DNA of 64,000 nucleotides from Neodothiora populina. Its lineage: Eukaryota. The position numbers were made by a program, and so were the translations under genes. The notes beneath the pieces were generated by a model. That model saw only the letters and a list, made by a program, of their open reading frames with translations, did no database searches and was not told the origin of the DNA. This document shows positions 38,101 through 51,530 of this stretch, piece after piece. Each line of letters starts with the position of its first letter. The stretch's first letter is position 1. The DNA lies in NCBI RefSeq assembly GCF_041146345.1, contig NW_027191419.1:806001-870000 (forward strand), given 5' to 3'.

Positions 38101-39459
38101 GGGAACAAGTTTTTGTCACAGTTGCCTACGAAAGTCCTATCTGCCATGGCTCTGCCGAGACCGAAGCCAGGTTCGAGCCCGCGGGTGTTTCTAGCACTGC
38201 TCGAATTGGTTGGTGTGAAGACCTTCGTCGAGGTTTCATGCGACTGCCAATGACAACCTCCGAGGACACGACTTCGCTTAAAGTCTATGGCAATACATAG
38301 GCAAGAAAGCGCAACGGGCTATCTGCGCCTGGTCGACCCTGACATCTATTTCTTCGACGCAGGTCGCTAAGTTCGGACTCGATGACATTCAGCCGGATCA
38401 TGTCAAAGGAGATCAAATGAAAGGAAGAGCAAGCCCCTCGAATGCATCAGAGAGTCATGTCTTTAGGTTGCATTACTACCTTGACCACTACTCGAGAGAC
38501 TAGATCAACAGCAGAGGAGTGTACTCGAGCATCACAGACCAATCCCGGTCCACATGTCCAAAGAGAGTGGACAGCCACCATCTACGACATTCATTATGGT
38601 GATCTCAAAAGCCAAGGCTTCGAGACGAGGGCACGCAGTCTATGTCATCAATGAGTGCTATGCAGGCTGTGCTCAAGTGCGTTGTGACGATATTCGATGG
38701 CACGACAGGATTGTGAGGCTAGGAGGAGAGGAAGAAGCACGAGGGAAAAGACATGATTTTACATGCACGATATAATAGTCGAGAAAACGGCGCCACGTGC
38801 AAAGAAGTCTGGCTGGTAATGTATGCATGCACCAAGCTGGATCACGAAGAGGGGGAATCCACCGAGGGAATTTCACTGAGCTGAGAAGCGGTCTTGTCCT
38901 GATGGTCTCACGAGAGAAAAGGTATGGATGATATAGTCGAGTATCTGTCTTTAGTAAAAAAAGAACAAGAAAAAAGAGAGAGAAACAGATATAGGAAGAG
39001 ACAGAGAAGGAATGTATACATCCCGTCCAGGTTACCATACTTGTGTATCACAGGCCACTTATCTATAGTACATTGGACCAAGTCACAACAAGCATTTCAT
39101 TCACTTTCGAACCAGAAATGATAAACATTTCACGCCGAAAGGAGCTTCGGTTATGCACAAGTCATTCATTGTGTGTGGTTTTGTTTTCCCTAATTTATAT
39201 TCGTCATGTCTGTCGTAGAATAACTATCGACTAATAAATAAAAAGAAATATAACATGTATGAAGGCTTTTTCTGTGTGACAGACATCCATCCATTCCTTC
39301 CTCCCTTCCTCGTCGAGGATTGTCCAAGCGCTTGAATTTATACCTGAAAGTAAGTAAAGAGAAAGAGGAACCCAAACGCCGTGCTTTACTGTGCATCGAA
39401 CAACGGAATAACAATCAACCAAGTCGTGAACTGGCATTACTCTTTCTTGTTTTCTCAAT

Positions 39460-42237
39460 CTACTCGTCGTAAAGCTCCATGTCATCGTTATTCGCCTGAA
39501 TCTCGGCGGCGGCGTCTTCCTCATCCCACATGTCGCTGTCGGCGCTGTCGTCGGCGTCGGAGTCGTGGTTAGGCAAGACCATGATGGCGCCGTCTTCGAG
39601 GACGACGCGCGCCGTCTCGCCGTCTCTGATGGAACCCCTCAGGATCAAAACAGCAAGACGATTGAGGACTTCCTTTTCGATCAGGCGAGCCAGAGGACGG
39701 GCGCCGTACGCGGGCGAGTATCCGGCGCTGCCGAGGTAGTCCTTGACGGCGTCCGACAGCTGGATGCGCACGTTGCGAGAGTTGGCGTACAGGCGTTTCT
39801 GGATCTCGTCGACACGCACGTCGACAATCTTCCTGATCTCGCGCTTGGTGAGACGGTTGAAGATGACGATGCTGGAGATGCGGTTCAGGAACTCGGGCAG
39901 GAAGTAGTTGCGCAGAGAACCCATGACCAACTCGCGGGTGGTCGGGTCGATCTTGCCGTCTGGCGCGTTGGGACGAGCGAGGTACTCGGCGCCCAGGTTG
40001 GACGTCATGACGACAATGCAGTTCCTGGCGTCGATGACTCTGCCTTGACCGTCGGTGATGCGACCGTCGTCCATGAGCTGGAGCAGAACGGTCAAGACTT
40101 CCTTGGCCGCCTTTTCGACTTCGTCGAACAACAAGATGGAGAAGGGGCGGCGGCGCAGAGACTCGGTGAGTTGACCGCCGGCATCGTGACCGACGTAGCC
40201 CGGAGGAGCACCGATCATGCGAGACAACGAGTGTCGCTCCTGGTACTCGGACATGTCGAATCTGATCATGGCGCGAGGGTCGTCGAACAAGAACTCGGCG
40301 AGGGCCTTGGTCAGCAGAGTCTTGCCGGTGCCGGATGGACCACAGAAGAGGAAAGAAGGCGGCTGGTTGGGGTTCGACAGACCGGAGCGCTGCAGACGGA
40401 TGGCGTTGGAGACGGAAGTGACGGCTTCCCTCTGGCCAACAACGACGTCGGCGAGATGACGCTCCATCTGCAGCAGCTTGTCCTTCTCCGTCGTCTTGAG
40501 ACGAGTGACGGGGATGCCGGTCCAGCGAGCGACAATCTCGTTGATCTGGTCGGGGCCCACAGCGTCGGTCAACAGAGCCTCGCCAGCCTCGCCGTTGCGC
40601 GCCTGTTCAATGTCGGCGGCGAGCTTCTCTTTCTCCAGCGTCTTGATGCGCTCCTCGATGTCGGGGATGGCGAAGTACTTGAGGTCTGACGCGGTCTGCA
40701 AGTCACGGATGCGCTCGGCCTCGTGCATCTTGGTCATGAGCGAGTCGCGCTTGAGCTTGGCCTCCTGGATCTCCTTGCTGCGCTGTTTCTCCGACTCGTA
40801 CTTTTCCCTCAGCGGACGCAGCTCTTCCTCGACGTTCTGCTTCTCGAGCTTGGCGTCTTCGAGACGCGTGTGTGAGGCGTCGTCCTTCTCGCGGGACAGG
40901 GCGTGGATCTCAATCTCGAGCTGGCGCAGGCGGCGCTCCATGTTGTCGAGGGCTTCGGGCTGCGACTCGCGAGTGACGCGCACGGCGGCGGCGGCTTCAT
41001 CGATGAGGTCGACGGCGGAATCGGGCAGGCGACGCTGGGTCAGGTAGCGGGCGGCGAGAGTGGCGGCCGAGACGATGGCGCCGTCGAGGATGGTGACTCC
41101 GTGGTGCACCTCGTACTTCTCCTTCAATCCACGCAGTATAGACACCGTCTCTTGCACCGAGGGCTCCTTGACCAGCACCTGCTGGAAGCGACGCTCAAAG
41201 GCCTGGTCCTTCTCGATGTACTTGCGGTACTCGGCCAGCGTGGTGGCGCCGATGCAGTGCAGCTGGCCGCGGGCGAGCATGGGCTTGAGCAGGTTGGCGG
41301 CGTCCATTCCCCCCTCGCCCGAAGAGCCGGCGCCCATGAGCAGATGGATCTCGTCGACGAACAGCACAATCATCTCCTTGCTGTCCTCGATCTCCTTGAG
41401 CACGCCCTTCATGCGCTCCTCGAACTCTCCGCGGTACTTAGACCCGGCGACGAGGGAGCCGACGTCGAGCGAGAGCAGCTTGCAGGCGGCGAGGTTGGCG
41501 GGCACGTCGGCGTTGACTATGCGCTGCGCCAGACCCTCGACCACGGTCGTCTTGCCCACTCCCGGCTCTCCGATCAGCACGGGGTTGTTCTTGGTGCGTC
41601 GCGACAGGATGCGGATCACGCGGCGGATCTCGTCTTCGCGGCCGATGACGGGGTCCATCTTGCCCTCCCTGGCCATGGCCGTCATGTCGATGGTGAACTT
41701 CTTGAGGTTCTCGCTCTCGCCCTCGGCGTCTGCCGTCTTCGAGTCGACTCGCTTGGTGCCTCTGATCTGCTGGATGGCGTTGTCGATCTGCTTGGTGTTG
41801 GGGATGTTGGCCTCGGCGAGACCTCTCTGCACTGCCGAGTCTTGCACGAGCGACGAGATGAGGTGGTCGACGGCGATGTAGCTGTCCTTCTGCGTCTTCT
41901 GCATGTCGGCGGCGCTGCGCAGGAGTTTGCTGAATGCCGGACTCATCGACAGCTGCTCTGGCGGCGGATCCTGCGAGGGAAGGCGCACCATGGCCTTGTT
42001 GAACGCCCGCAGCGCCTGCTGTGCATCGCCGTGTGCTCGTTCTATCACCTGCTTGAACAGTGACGGCTCTGCCGCCGGTCCGTTCTGTTGGTCTTTGGAC
42101 AGATCCGGCGGAGGGTCGAGCAGGGCAATGGCCAGGTGCAGCGGCTGCAGCTGCGAGTGTGAGTATTGTTGTGCGAGATCTTGGGCGTCAGACAGAGCCT
42201 GAGACGCCCGATCTGTGAACTGTAGGCCAGATGCCAT
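39460..42237 (-). CDS. HSP104: Hsp104/ClpB AAA+ disaggregase
   Basis: 925 aa, intronless; two Walker A motifs ([16 protein letters not shown]), [11 protein letters not shown], middle coiled-coil domain and acidic C-terminus. Confidence 0.97.
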   Translation of the reverse strand: MASGLQFTDRASQALSDAQDLAQQYSHSQLQPLHLAIALLDPPPDLSKDQQNGPAAEPSLFKQVIERAHGDAQQALRAFNKAMVRLPSQDPPPEQLSMSPAFSKLLRSAADMQKTQKDSYIAVDHLISSLVQDSAVQRGLAEANIPNTKQIDNAIQQIRGTKRVDSKTADAEGESENLKKFTIDMTAMAREGKMDPVIGREDEIRRVIRILSRRTKNNPVLIGEPGVGKTTVVEGLAQRIVNADVPANLAACKLLSLDVGSLVAGSKYRGEFEERMKGVLKEIEDSKEMIVLFVDEIHLLMGAGSSGEGGMDAANLLKPMLARGQLHCIGATTLAEYRKYIEKDQAFERRFQQVLVKEPSVQETVSILRGLKEKYEVHHGVTILDGAIVSAATLAARYLTQRRLPDSAVDLIDEAAAAVRVTRESQPEALDNMERRLRQLEIEIHALSREKDDASHTRLEDAKLEKQNVEEELRPLREKYESEKQRSKEIQEAKLKRDSLMTKMHEAERIRDLQTASDLKYFAIPDIEERIKTLEKEKLAADIEQARNGEAGEALLTDAVGPDQINEIVARWTGIPVTRLKTTEKDKLLQMERHLADVVVGQREAVTSVSNAIRLQRSGLSNPNQPPSFLFCGPSGTGKTLLTKALAEFLFDDPRAMIRFDMSEYQERHSLSRMIGAPPGYVGHDAGGQLTESLRRRPFSILLFDEVEKAAKEVLTVLLQLMDDGRITDGQGRVIDARNCIVVMTSNLGAEYLARPNAPDGKIDPTTRELVMGSLRNYFLPEFLNRISSIVIFNRLTKREIRKIVDVRVDEIQKRLYANSRNVRIQLSDAVKDYLGSAGYSPAYGARPLARLIEKEVLNRLAVLILRGSIRDGETARVVLEDGAIMVLPNHDSDADDSADSDMWDEEDAAAEIQANNDDMELYDE

Positions 42238-42540
42238 TGTGACGGTGTGTTATTCAGGTCGTAAGGTTCGTGATGTTGTGATTCTTGTCTTTCGATATCT
42301 TGTCCCTGATGTGGGATGCAAGCTTTTGTATGTACTTGATCGAGGCAAGGTAACTAAGTAAGTAAGCTTATTGTGAGTGGTGTATGTGAATGGCTAAACC
42401 ACAAGTCGGGCTGCTATGCTGCTGTCCTTAATATCCTTGGTGTCTTTCTCCTGGAAGCAAACAAAACACGGAATGCCACGGAGTCATCAGGAGATGTCTA
42501 CAACAGTCTACAACACACCACTCGATGCCAGCGCCTGCCA

Positions 42541-42608
42541 CTTCTTGCCAGTTCCTGCCAGTTCCTGCTAGTCACTTCCTGATCGGGCTCTGTCGCAACT
42601 TCTAGAAG
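42541..42608. promoter_or_regulatory. Heat-shock elements upstream of HSP104
   Basis: TTC at 42542, 42552 and 42562 (10-bp period, step-type HSE) and inverted TTCTAGAA at 42600-42607. Confidence 0.65.
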
Positions 42609-43451
42609 GAGCTGGAGAGGTCGACGTCATTCCATCTTATCTGTCTCCCGTCCTCATCTGATCTTGTCTCTCCATCTAATCGTATCTGATCATATCTCGG
42701 CCTCCATCGACAAACGGACATCCCCATCCCCCCAACTGCCGACTCTGCCAACTCCTCCGCCATCTCCAGACCAGGCCGTGAAGGGTGGCTGTCGACCTCT
42801 ACTCAACGAGGAAATGATGGTCGGTGCAGCATCCTCTATCCGCACACTAATCCAGGCACAGGTGACCTTTACTGTATCCTTGTACAAGGATCACTCTGTT
42901 CCTGACCACGGTCTGAGTAATCATCGACTTCAAGGCAATATTATCCGGCGTCCTTCTACAGATCTATTGCCGAATATCGATGCAGTCAGAGAAGCCGCTG
43001 TGCGCACACCTACGTAAGGTACCTACGATATGGACCTGATTTATTGTGACCCGCATCCACCGCCCGCGCATGTTCCCCACATCATATGCACCCCTCATCC
43101 GTGACCACACTCATGGACCGTCTCTGTCGTCCGCCCTCGCATGACATTATCCCGGTCCTGCCGCGGGAACTCAGCGTTGTATCCTGGTATAGCACTAGAT
43201 ATCCGATGTGATGCTACCGTCCATACCTTGAACCGCACGTCGCCTCGAGCCAGAGTCACCTCACATCTCCCGAAAGATGCTGTTGACGTGCAATGGCTGA
43301 TGCCGGTCCGGCTCCCGATCCTCGATCTCGCCGTCTTCGCTATGCATGCTCGCCCTCCATTCCGTCGATGGCGACTATAAGAACCCATTGATAGGTCGTA
43401 GTCGGTCTCTGCTTCTACTCCTCACCGACTGCGCTTTTCCCTCAAAGCACC

Positions 43452-45203
43452 ATGTCTCTAGTCGTCCCTCTGTTGATGCTGGCAGGCGGTGCCCTGGCCC
43501 AGAATGCATCTTACTTTGCCACCAGTCACATCAATGCGACTACCACTGCATCCAATGGTAGCACCGTGGCCAACATTGATGCTTACACCACTGCTCTGAA
43601 CATGAACCTCGACGACATCTGGAACATCTTCGTCGGTCCCGTGACACCAGCTGCCATCACTACCACTGTAGAGGCAACCCCGGTGCCGTCTCACTCGCTC
43701 ATCCCTCCTCCCTTCATCCACTTCCCTGCTTTCCCTCCTGGCAGAGAGGTGCCGCTGTCCACAAAGAATGAGTCCTGGTCTTTCCCCAAGGACTTCTTCT
43801 TTGGCGTCGCCGGCGCTGCTTTCCAGGTCGAAGGTGCGGCCAAGGCAGAGGGCAAGGGTCCCTCCATCTGGGATCTGCTGCCCCACCGCGCCACCAACTA
43901 CGTGCTCAACAACGTCACTGGTGATGTGACGGACAACCACTACTACCTCTACAAGCAGGACATTGCCCGTATTGCTGCCATGGGCATGAAGCACTACTCT
44001 TTCAGTATTGCCTGGACCCGTATCCTTCCGTTCGGCAAGGGCCCGGTCAACCAGCTCGGAATCGATCACTACAACGATGTCATCGACACTTGCCTGCACT
44101 ACAACATGACCCCGATGGCCACTCTGTACCATTGGGACCTGCCGCTTCTCCTGCAGAACGAGTACGGTGGCTGGTTGTCCGAACAGATTGTCGACGACTT
44201 TGTCACATACGCCCGCATTGCCTACTCCAGCTTCGGCGACAGAGTCAAGGACTGGTTCACCATCAACGAGCCCATCGAGGCCTGCTCCGAGTACCCCTAC
44301 CCGACGGACTACTTCAAGAACTACACCATCGCCGGCGAGCACCAGAAGTTCGTCTGCGGCAAGAACATCCTTCTCGCCCACGCCAAGGCCTACCGTCTCG
44401 GCAAGGAGCTTGTCCCCAACAGCAACATCGCCTTCAAGAACAACGGTGGTGGCAAGATCCCCGCCACCAACTCTTCCGCCGACCTCAACGCCACCGCACG
44501 CGCATGGGATTTCATGGAGGGATGGTTCGCGGACCCTGTCTTCCTCAACGGCGACTTCAACGCCGCCGTGCGCCAATACACGGACGACTTCCTTCCCCCC
44601 TTCACGGCGGAAGAGCGCGCCTTGATCAACGGATCCGCAGACTTTTTCGCCCAAGACGCCTACACTTCGTCCGTCTACTTTGCTCCCGATGACGGCGTCG
44701 AGGGCTGCTTGGCCAATGTCAGCAACCCCTTGTACCCCTCATGCTACAACACATCGCAGTACTACTCTCCGTCAGCCGGCGGATGGGCGATCGGCCCCGC
44801 TGCCGACCCTCTGGCCAGCTGGCTTAGCAACGCCGCAGACTGGGTTCCCGAGTTCATGCGCGACATCATGCGTAGATGGAACCCCGCGGGCGGCATCGCC
44901 ATCTCGGAGATGGGCTTCGCCGAGCCGTACGAGAACTCGAAGCAGGACCTGCCGTCCATCTTGTACGACACCATCCGAACAGACTACTATAAGAAGTTCA
45001 TGGAGGCGCTGCTCATCAGCATCAGCGAGGGCATTCACATCCGCGGTGTCATGTCGTGGAGTTTCGTGGACAACTTCGAGTGGTTCTCGGGCACCAGTGT
45101 CAGGTTTGGACTTCAGTACGTCAACTACACCACCCAGGAACGTCACTACAAGGCGTCGTTCTTCGAGTATGTCAACCAGTACTACACCTATCTCGAGCAG
45201 TAG
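43452..45203 (+). CDS. Secreted glycoside hydrolase family 1 (beta-glucosidase/galactosidase-like)
   Basis: Signal peptide; FPKDFFFGVAGAAFQVEG, YSFSIAWTRI, TINEP acid/base, ISEMG nucleophile and WSFVDNFEW. Confidence 0.93.
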   Translation: MSLVVPLLMLAGGALAQNASYFATSHINATTTASNGSTVANIDAYTTALNMNLDDIWNIFVGPVTPAAITTTVEATPVPSHSLIPPPFIHFPAFPPGREVPLSTKNESWSFPKDFFFGVAGAAFQVEGAAKAEGKGPSIWDLLPHRATNYVLNNVTGDVTDNHYYLYKQDIARIAAMGMKHYSFSIAWTRILPFGKGPVNQLGIDHYNDVIDTCLHYNMTPMATLYHWDLPLLLQNEYGGWLSEQIVDDFVTYARIAYSSFGDRVKDWFTINEPIEACSEYPYPTDYFKNYTIAGEHQKFVCGKNILLAHAKAYRLGKELVPNSNIAFKNNGGGKIPATNSSADLNATARAWDFMEGWFADPVFLNGDFNAAVRQYTDDFLPPFTAEERALINGSADFFAQDAYTSSVYFAPDDGVEGCLANVSNPLYPSCYNTSQYYSPSAGGWAIGPAADPLASWLSNAADWVPEFMRDIMRRWNPAGGIAISEMGFAEPYENSKQDLPSILYDTIRTDYYKKFMEALLISISEGIHIRGVMSWSFVDNFEWFSGTSVRFGLQYVNYTTQERHYKASFFEYVNQYYTYLEQ

Positions 45204-45914
45204 ACTGCAGGTGGGAAGAGGAAGTGAGAAGGAAGGAAGTGTGGACTGCTAGGATGAGAGATGAAAAGATCAATGACTTTATTCTGTCTAACTGTTTATT
45301 TGCCTACCGTTGATTTTGTAGATATATGAACATCGAGTGTACATATACATATATATGTGGATATATATGCTCACATGATATCTATACGTTCATATTCGCT
45401 TGATCGCCTCATACAGCATACCTTACCTAAGGTACTTGACCTGGAAGAAAATACAGAGCTTGGGCCATCTGCTTCTCTGTAATTGAAAAGGGCAGGTTCA
45501 GAGTTCGGAGATCGGAGGAGAGGCTTGGCATTGACATCTCTCTCTCTCTCTTGCGTCTGATAATCTCCAGGGCTATCACTTTGAGCTACTGTATCACTCC
45601 GTCAATCAATTTATCCATCAATTCATCCTCCTCCCTCTTTCCACTCTCAGTCCGACGGGGAAAGGTGCTGTCGCTACTGTATAATCGATTGACACTAGCA
45701 AGAATAGAAGAGCTGGAGGGAAGAACAGCTGGGACACAACAAGTTCCTTATTTGTCGGATCTACTCGTATCTACACGGACCTACTCTCACCATCCTGGAG
45801 CTGGACGCGCGACTTCCTCTTTCTATACCACTTTGCTCTACCGGCGCCTGCCTCATCAGGCCGCGCCTTCCTGTGGTTCATTGAATTCCTTCGACACGTG
45901 ACCCATCTGCGCCG

Positions 45915-45921
<7 letters not shown>

Positions 45922-45962
<41 letters not shown>
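45922..45962. repeat. (CT)n microsatellite upstream of RSE1
   Basis: About 20 CT units, with further CT-rich sequence nearby and at 45537-45550. Confidence 0.95.
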
Positions 45963-45966
<4 letters not shown>

Positions 45967-46112
45967 CTATCTATCTCTATCCTCGATCTCACTACATCTC
46001 CATCTCTCTCTCTCGCTCTCGCACTCGACTGTCGCAAACAAGGAATCAGAACCCACATCACTTCAAGCTTCCCCCTCGCGGGAACGCTTGACCATCCCGA
46101 CATCGCGCAACC

Positions 46113-49100
46113 ATGTCCATCACTTCGCACATGTGCATGTACTCCCTGACCCTTCAACCGGCAGGGATGATCACGCACGCCATGGTCGGAAACTTTGTCG
46201 CCTCGAGACCCAAGGAACAGCAGGTCGTGCTGGCGCAGGCCGAGAGACTGAGTCTGGTCAGCATCGACAAGGACACGGACAAGGTCACCACCCTCATCAC
46301 AACCAACGCCTTTGGCATCCTGCGGAGTCTGTCTTCGTCCAGAGTCCCCGGCACGCCGCGAGACGTCATCATTGTGTCGTCCGACTCGGGGCGCATCACG
46401 CTGCTGAGCTACGACGAAGTCAAGAACCGCTTCGAGCGCGTCCACCTCGAGACCTTCGGCAAGTCGGGCATCCGTCGCACCATCCCGGGCCAGTATGTCG
46501 CCTCGGACCCCCGCGGGCGCTGCACCATGTTCGCCGCCGTCGAGAAGAACAAGGTCGTCTACTTCCTCAACCGGAATCAAGAGCAGCAGATCACAATCTC
46601 GTCGCCGCAGGAGGTCAACAAGGCGCAGACGCTGACCTTCGCCCTGTGCGCCGTCGACACAAACTTCCAGAACCCCGTCTTTGCCGCCCTCGAGGTCGAC
46701 TACACGGACAGCGACCAGGACCCGACGGACATTTCGTATGAGAACAGGGAGAAGCTGCTGGTATACTATCGCGTCGACCTGGGTCTCAACCACGTCGTGC
46801 GCGAGTGGGCCGAGGTGGTGGACTACTCGTCGAACCTCGTCTTTCCCGTCCCCGGCGGCCTCGACGGGCCCAGCGGTGTCGTCGTGTGTTCCGAGGGGAA
46901 GATCACGTACCGCCACAACAACCAGGAGCCGCGCTCCGTGCTGATCCCCCGCCGACGGGGCGCGCTCGAGAACCCGGACCGCGAGCGACGCATCGTGGCC
47001 GGCGTCGTGCACCGCTTCAAGGCGGGCTTCTTCCATCTTCTGCAGACGGACGACGGCGACCTGTTCAAGCTGACGATGGATCTGGCCGAGGACGACAAGG
47101 GCCGCAAGACGGGCGAGGTGGGCAACGTCGAGCTGCGCTACTTCGACTCGTTCCCCGTCGCCACCACCATGTGCATCCTCAAGAGCGGCTACCTCTTTGT
47201 CGCCTCGGATCAGGGCGACAGCAAGTTCTACCGCTTCCTCAATCTCGGCATGGACATCGAGCCCATCACCAACAGCGCCGACTACGAAGACGACGACACG
47301 AAGATCATCCCCTACTTCTTCCCGCACGAGTACGAGAACGTCGAGCCGTCGGCCACGCTGCCCAGCTCGCACCCGCAACGCCACACGCTCGTCGAGGACG
47401 TGGACGGCAGAGACGACTGGAAAATCTACACGACGGCGGGCACGGGGATCCGCAGCTCGCTCAAGGTCATCAGCAACGGACTGGGCGTCAACGAGCAGAC
47501 GCACGCAGAACTGCCCGACGCGCCCTCGAACATCTGGACCGTCGCCAACGACAGATTCGCCGACGCAGACAAGTACATCGTCCTGGGCTTCACCAACCAG
47601 ACGCTCTTCCTCGAGGCTGGCGAGAACACGCACGAGGTGCACGACCACGGGCTGCGCGGCGACGTGACGACGATCCACATGGGACTGATGGGCGACGTCG
47701 GCATCCTGCAGGTGTGGGACAGGGGCTTCCGCTTCCACACGGGCGACGATGCGCAGGCGGCGGACTGGAAGTGTCCCGCTCACCGCACCATCCTCAAGGC
47801 CACCAACAACCACCAGCAGCTCGCCATTGCCCTGAGCTCGGGCGAGCTGTTGTATTTCGAAGTCTCGCAGGACGGCAAGCGCATCCAGGAGTACGAGCAG
47901 GGCAGCGACGTTGTGAGCGTGTCGGGAGTCGTGCAGGCCATGCACATGGGCCATGTGCCCGAGGGACGTGTGCGCTCGCCCTTCCTCGTCGTCGGCTGCG
48001 ACGACTCGACGATCCGAGTCTACTCTCTGGATCCCGGCGGCGGCGAGATGCTCAAGTCGCAGTCGATCCAGTCGCTGACTTCTCCTCCGCGCTCCATTGT
48101 CATTCTGCCCATGGAAGACTCGACCGGCATGACCACTTTCGTGCACGTCGGTCTCTACTCTGGCCTCTATCTGCGCGCTGTGCTCGACGACGTGACGGGC
48201 GAGCTCGGAGACGTGCGCTCTCGCTTCCTCGGTGCGGACGAGGCCAAGCTGTATCCCGTCATGATCAAAAACACTCCTGCTCTTCTCGCCTGCGGTGCCA
48301 GGACCTTTCTCTCCTACCCTCATCCCGAGACAAAGGAGCTCTTGCTGACCCCGCTGGACTATCACTCGTTCAACAGTGCCAGCATGCTGCGCTCCACCGT
48401 CACCGGAAGCCGAGGACGACAGATCTCTCGCCAGTTCGTCGTCGCTCTGCGTGGCGCCGAGATCTTGTAAGTCTTCCATTTTTTTACCATGCAAATATAC
48501 TTCAAACAGACAGACTAACAATGCCCAAACAGCGTCTTCTCCATTCCCGACACGTCGAAAAACATCCTGACCAAGTCGATCCCTCTGCAACACACCCCCA
48601 GAGCATTCTGCCGCCACCCCGACTTCCGTTATCTGCATGTCGTGCAATCCGACCCCAACACCCTCCCCGCCTCGGCACAAGCACAGCTGCTCGAGGACCC
48701 CAACCGCACCGAAGAAGAGAAACGTCGACTGGGTCCCAATGAGCAGTTCGGCTGGCCTCGCGCCAACGGCTACTGGTCTTCGTGTATCCAGGTTGTCGAC
48801 CCGCTCGCCAATGTGGAAGAGGGCGAAGACCCGATCGCTTACTCTGTCGACCTGACAGACAACGAGGCCGCCCTGAGCTGCGCCATGGTGCCTTTTGAGA
48901 ACCAGGACGGCGAGGTCTTCCTGCTTGTCGGCACCGGCAAGCACATGCGACCTCCGGGCCCGCGGGATCCCACCAAAGCCGCACCCCCGCCCGTGACCGG
49001 ATCCGTCCATGTGTACCGTGTGCTCGCTCCCGGCAAGGAGCTGGAACTCATCCACAAGACCGAGTTTCCTTCGCCAATCTACGCTCTGCTGCCCTTCCAG

Positions 49101-49895
49101 GGCCGCGTCGCACTGGGTGTGGGTAACGAGCTTTTCGTATATGATCTGGGCATGAAAGCTCTGTTGCGCAAGTCCCGTACCCGTATGCCGTCAGGCACTC
49201 AGATCGTCGCTCTGCAGACCCAGGGCAACAGGATCGTCGTCGGTGACGTGCAGGAATCCGTCACCTTTGTCGTATATAACAGATCGACCAACAAGCTGAC
49301 CCCGTTCGCCGACGACACGGTCGCGCGCTGGACGACAAACTTCACCATGCTGGACTACGACACCGTTGCCGGAGGCGACAAGTTTGGCAATTTCTGGATC
49401 ACGAGATGTCCCAAGCAGATTTCCGACGAAGCCGACGAGCCGGGCGCCGCAAGCTTCTTGGCCAACGAGAAGGGATACCTACAAGGCACGCCGAACCGAT
49501 TACAACTGCAGCTCCACGACTTTGTGCAAGACATTCCTACGAGCATCCAGAAGACGTCACTCGTGCCGGGCGGACAGGAGATTATCTTCTGGGCCGGTCT
49601 GCAGGGTACACTGGGCATTTTTGTTCCATTCGTAGACCGCGAGGACGTCGATTTCTTCACCGCGCTCGAGGGACACTTGAGAACAGAGGATGGCGCCGGT
49701 CCCCTGGCGGGCAGAGACCATTTGATGTACAGATCATATTATGCTCCCGTCAAGGGAGTCGTCGACGGAGACTTGTGCGAGAGGTTTTTCTTGCTGAGCA
49801 GAGACGGCAAGGAGCGCATCGCCGCCGAGCTCGACCGCACCGTGAGAGAAGTGGAGAAGAAAATTGGCGAGATGAGGACGAGAGTTGCCTTTTAG
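46113..49895 (+). CDS. RSE1: Pre-mRNA splicing factor RSE1/SF3B3 (U2 snRNP), 2 exons
   Basis: HLETFGKSGIRRTIPGQY..DPRGR, DLGLNHVVR, GGDKFGNFW and LAGRDHLMYRSYYAPVKGVVDGDLCE. Intron ~48467-48532 (GTAAGT..CTAAC..CAG). Confidence 0.95.
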
Positions 49896-51482
49896 TGAAT
49901 GGCTTTTTTCTCCGCTGATCTCTAATTGTGATACGGAAAGCAAGAGTCCTCTCCACCTCTTTTTTGTAGAATTGAAGTCAGATGAATCAAAAAAAGGGGA
50001 AAGGGATGAATGAAACAACAACAAAAAGTTCTACAATGCATTCGAATGCAGACAACCTACTCTAATGTCTCTGGCGTTTCTCATATCTCCAATGTTTCTC
50101 TTTTCCCGAAGACTTTGGTTATTGTGTATGGTGTGTTTGCACACCACCTGGGGAATGGTAGTCGCTGCTCCTGCTTCTCTATCCTCTCTGTCCTCTTCGG
50201 CGTGCACTATATTCATGTTTCGCCCAGGACTAAGCGGGTAGGCATACATGAGCAGGTGCTATAGGTAGTTCAAGGCACGTGATGGGCAAACGATCATGAC
50301 ACATGTACCATGCTCTCACAGCATGCATGTCACATTGCCCTGCGTCACATTGCATGATGGATGATAAATGGTTAGATAGATGGTAGATCATTTCGCGCAT
50401 AATTAGGAGCAATCAAGCAGTACAGATCCGTCTTCGCTTAGAGCGGCTGGCGAGGGTAAAAAGGCAGAGGGGAGAGCGAAAGACGGGTTGGTGGGTTTTT
50501 TCTATATTGTCTTGATCCCATCACATCACGACGTTCTCCATCTGACTACCTTACCATTCTAGGACAATATACACACACACACATGCCAATCTCAAATCTG
50601 CATCTGCATATCCATTTACATATCCATCTCGTTGTTTCGCCGAATACACTACAGTAAGACAATCTTTCCGCGGAAAAAAGGCATGCATGGCCTTTCAACG
50701 GCTTTGGGTCATAGTGTTTTACTTGCATGTGCACATGTCTCATACCCTAATCTACTCCCCCTCACTCTATCTGTGCTGAATGGAGGCACACAGGGCAGGT
50801 AAAGTGTGCCGACACCGTTATATTGGTCTCAGTGGTCTAGGAGTCTAACGCACTATCTCGAATCGCCTTTTTGGGCTTTTCGTTGTCTTGTTTGCTTGTC
50901 ACGATCACTGTACACTAGATTATGCAAGATGGGTTTATGCAAGATGGGTAAGTGAGTGTCTCAAGCGATGCAAGGAGTTTGACTATTTGTGTTGTTTATT
51001 CATCTGCCTGCTTCAGTCCGCTACGGTAGTCCACAGACGTCAGCGATGGATCACATAACTTTCGTCCCAGCTTCTTGGATCGAGTACTCGACGACACCAG
51101 ACGACCTCAGAAGAACCAAGGAACCCAGGCACGCAACAAAGACAAAGCTGCATGCCCCCACCCTCGCTTAGCATCCTCTATATGCACGTATGCACATAGT
51201 CCCGCATGCATCCTGCAGGCATCCTTAGTAAACCAAGTCAACCCACCTGCATGCATGCATGTAGCCCACCCACATGCACGCCATAACTACAAACCTCACC
51301 TCACCACTCTATCATACCATCATACTGTTTCCTGGGTCCCCTGTACTTTACCTGCACCTCACTTCCCTCGAGGCCTTGACTCCCCCTTTTTCGCAGCATT
51401 ATCATCGTCAACGTTTAAAATGCCTACATGCAGTACCTACCAGGCCGTTGAGGGGCGATCGGGGCCCTGGTGCGTGGTTTCA

Positions 51483-51530
51483 TGTCTGTGTCTGTGTCTG
51501 TGTCTGTGTCTGTGGCTGTGTCTGTGTCTG
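51483..51530. repeat. (TGTGTC)n hexanucleotide repeat followed by a G run
   Basis: Read directly; G run at ~51544-51555. Confidence 0.9.

Noticed and set aside
38145..38420. B-box-like GGTTCGAGCCC and possibly structured sequence
   Set aside because: No cloverleaf, and no RNase P/MRP/SRP hallmark motif could be identified by eye.
39565..42063. Long plus-strand ORFs (374 and 386 aa)
   Set aside because: Antisense shadows of HSP104.
43458..44654. 398-aa minus-strand ORF
   Set aside because: Antisense shadow of the GH1 gene.
45771..49055. 1094-aa minus-strand ORF
   Set aside because: Antisense shadow of RSE1 caused by C/G-ending codons; no family motifs.
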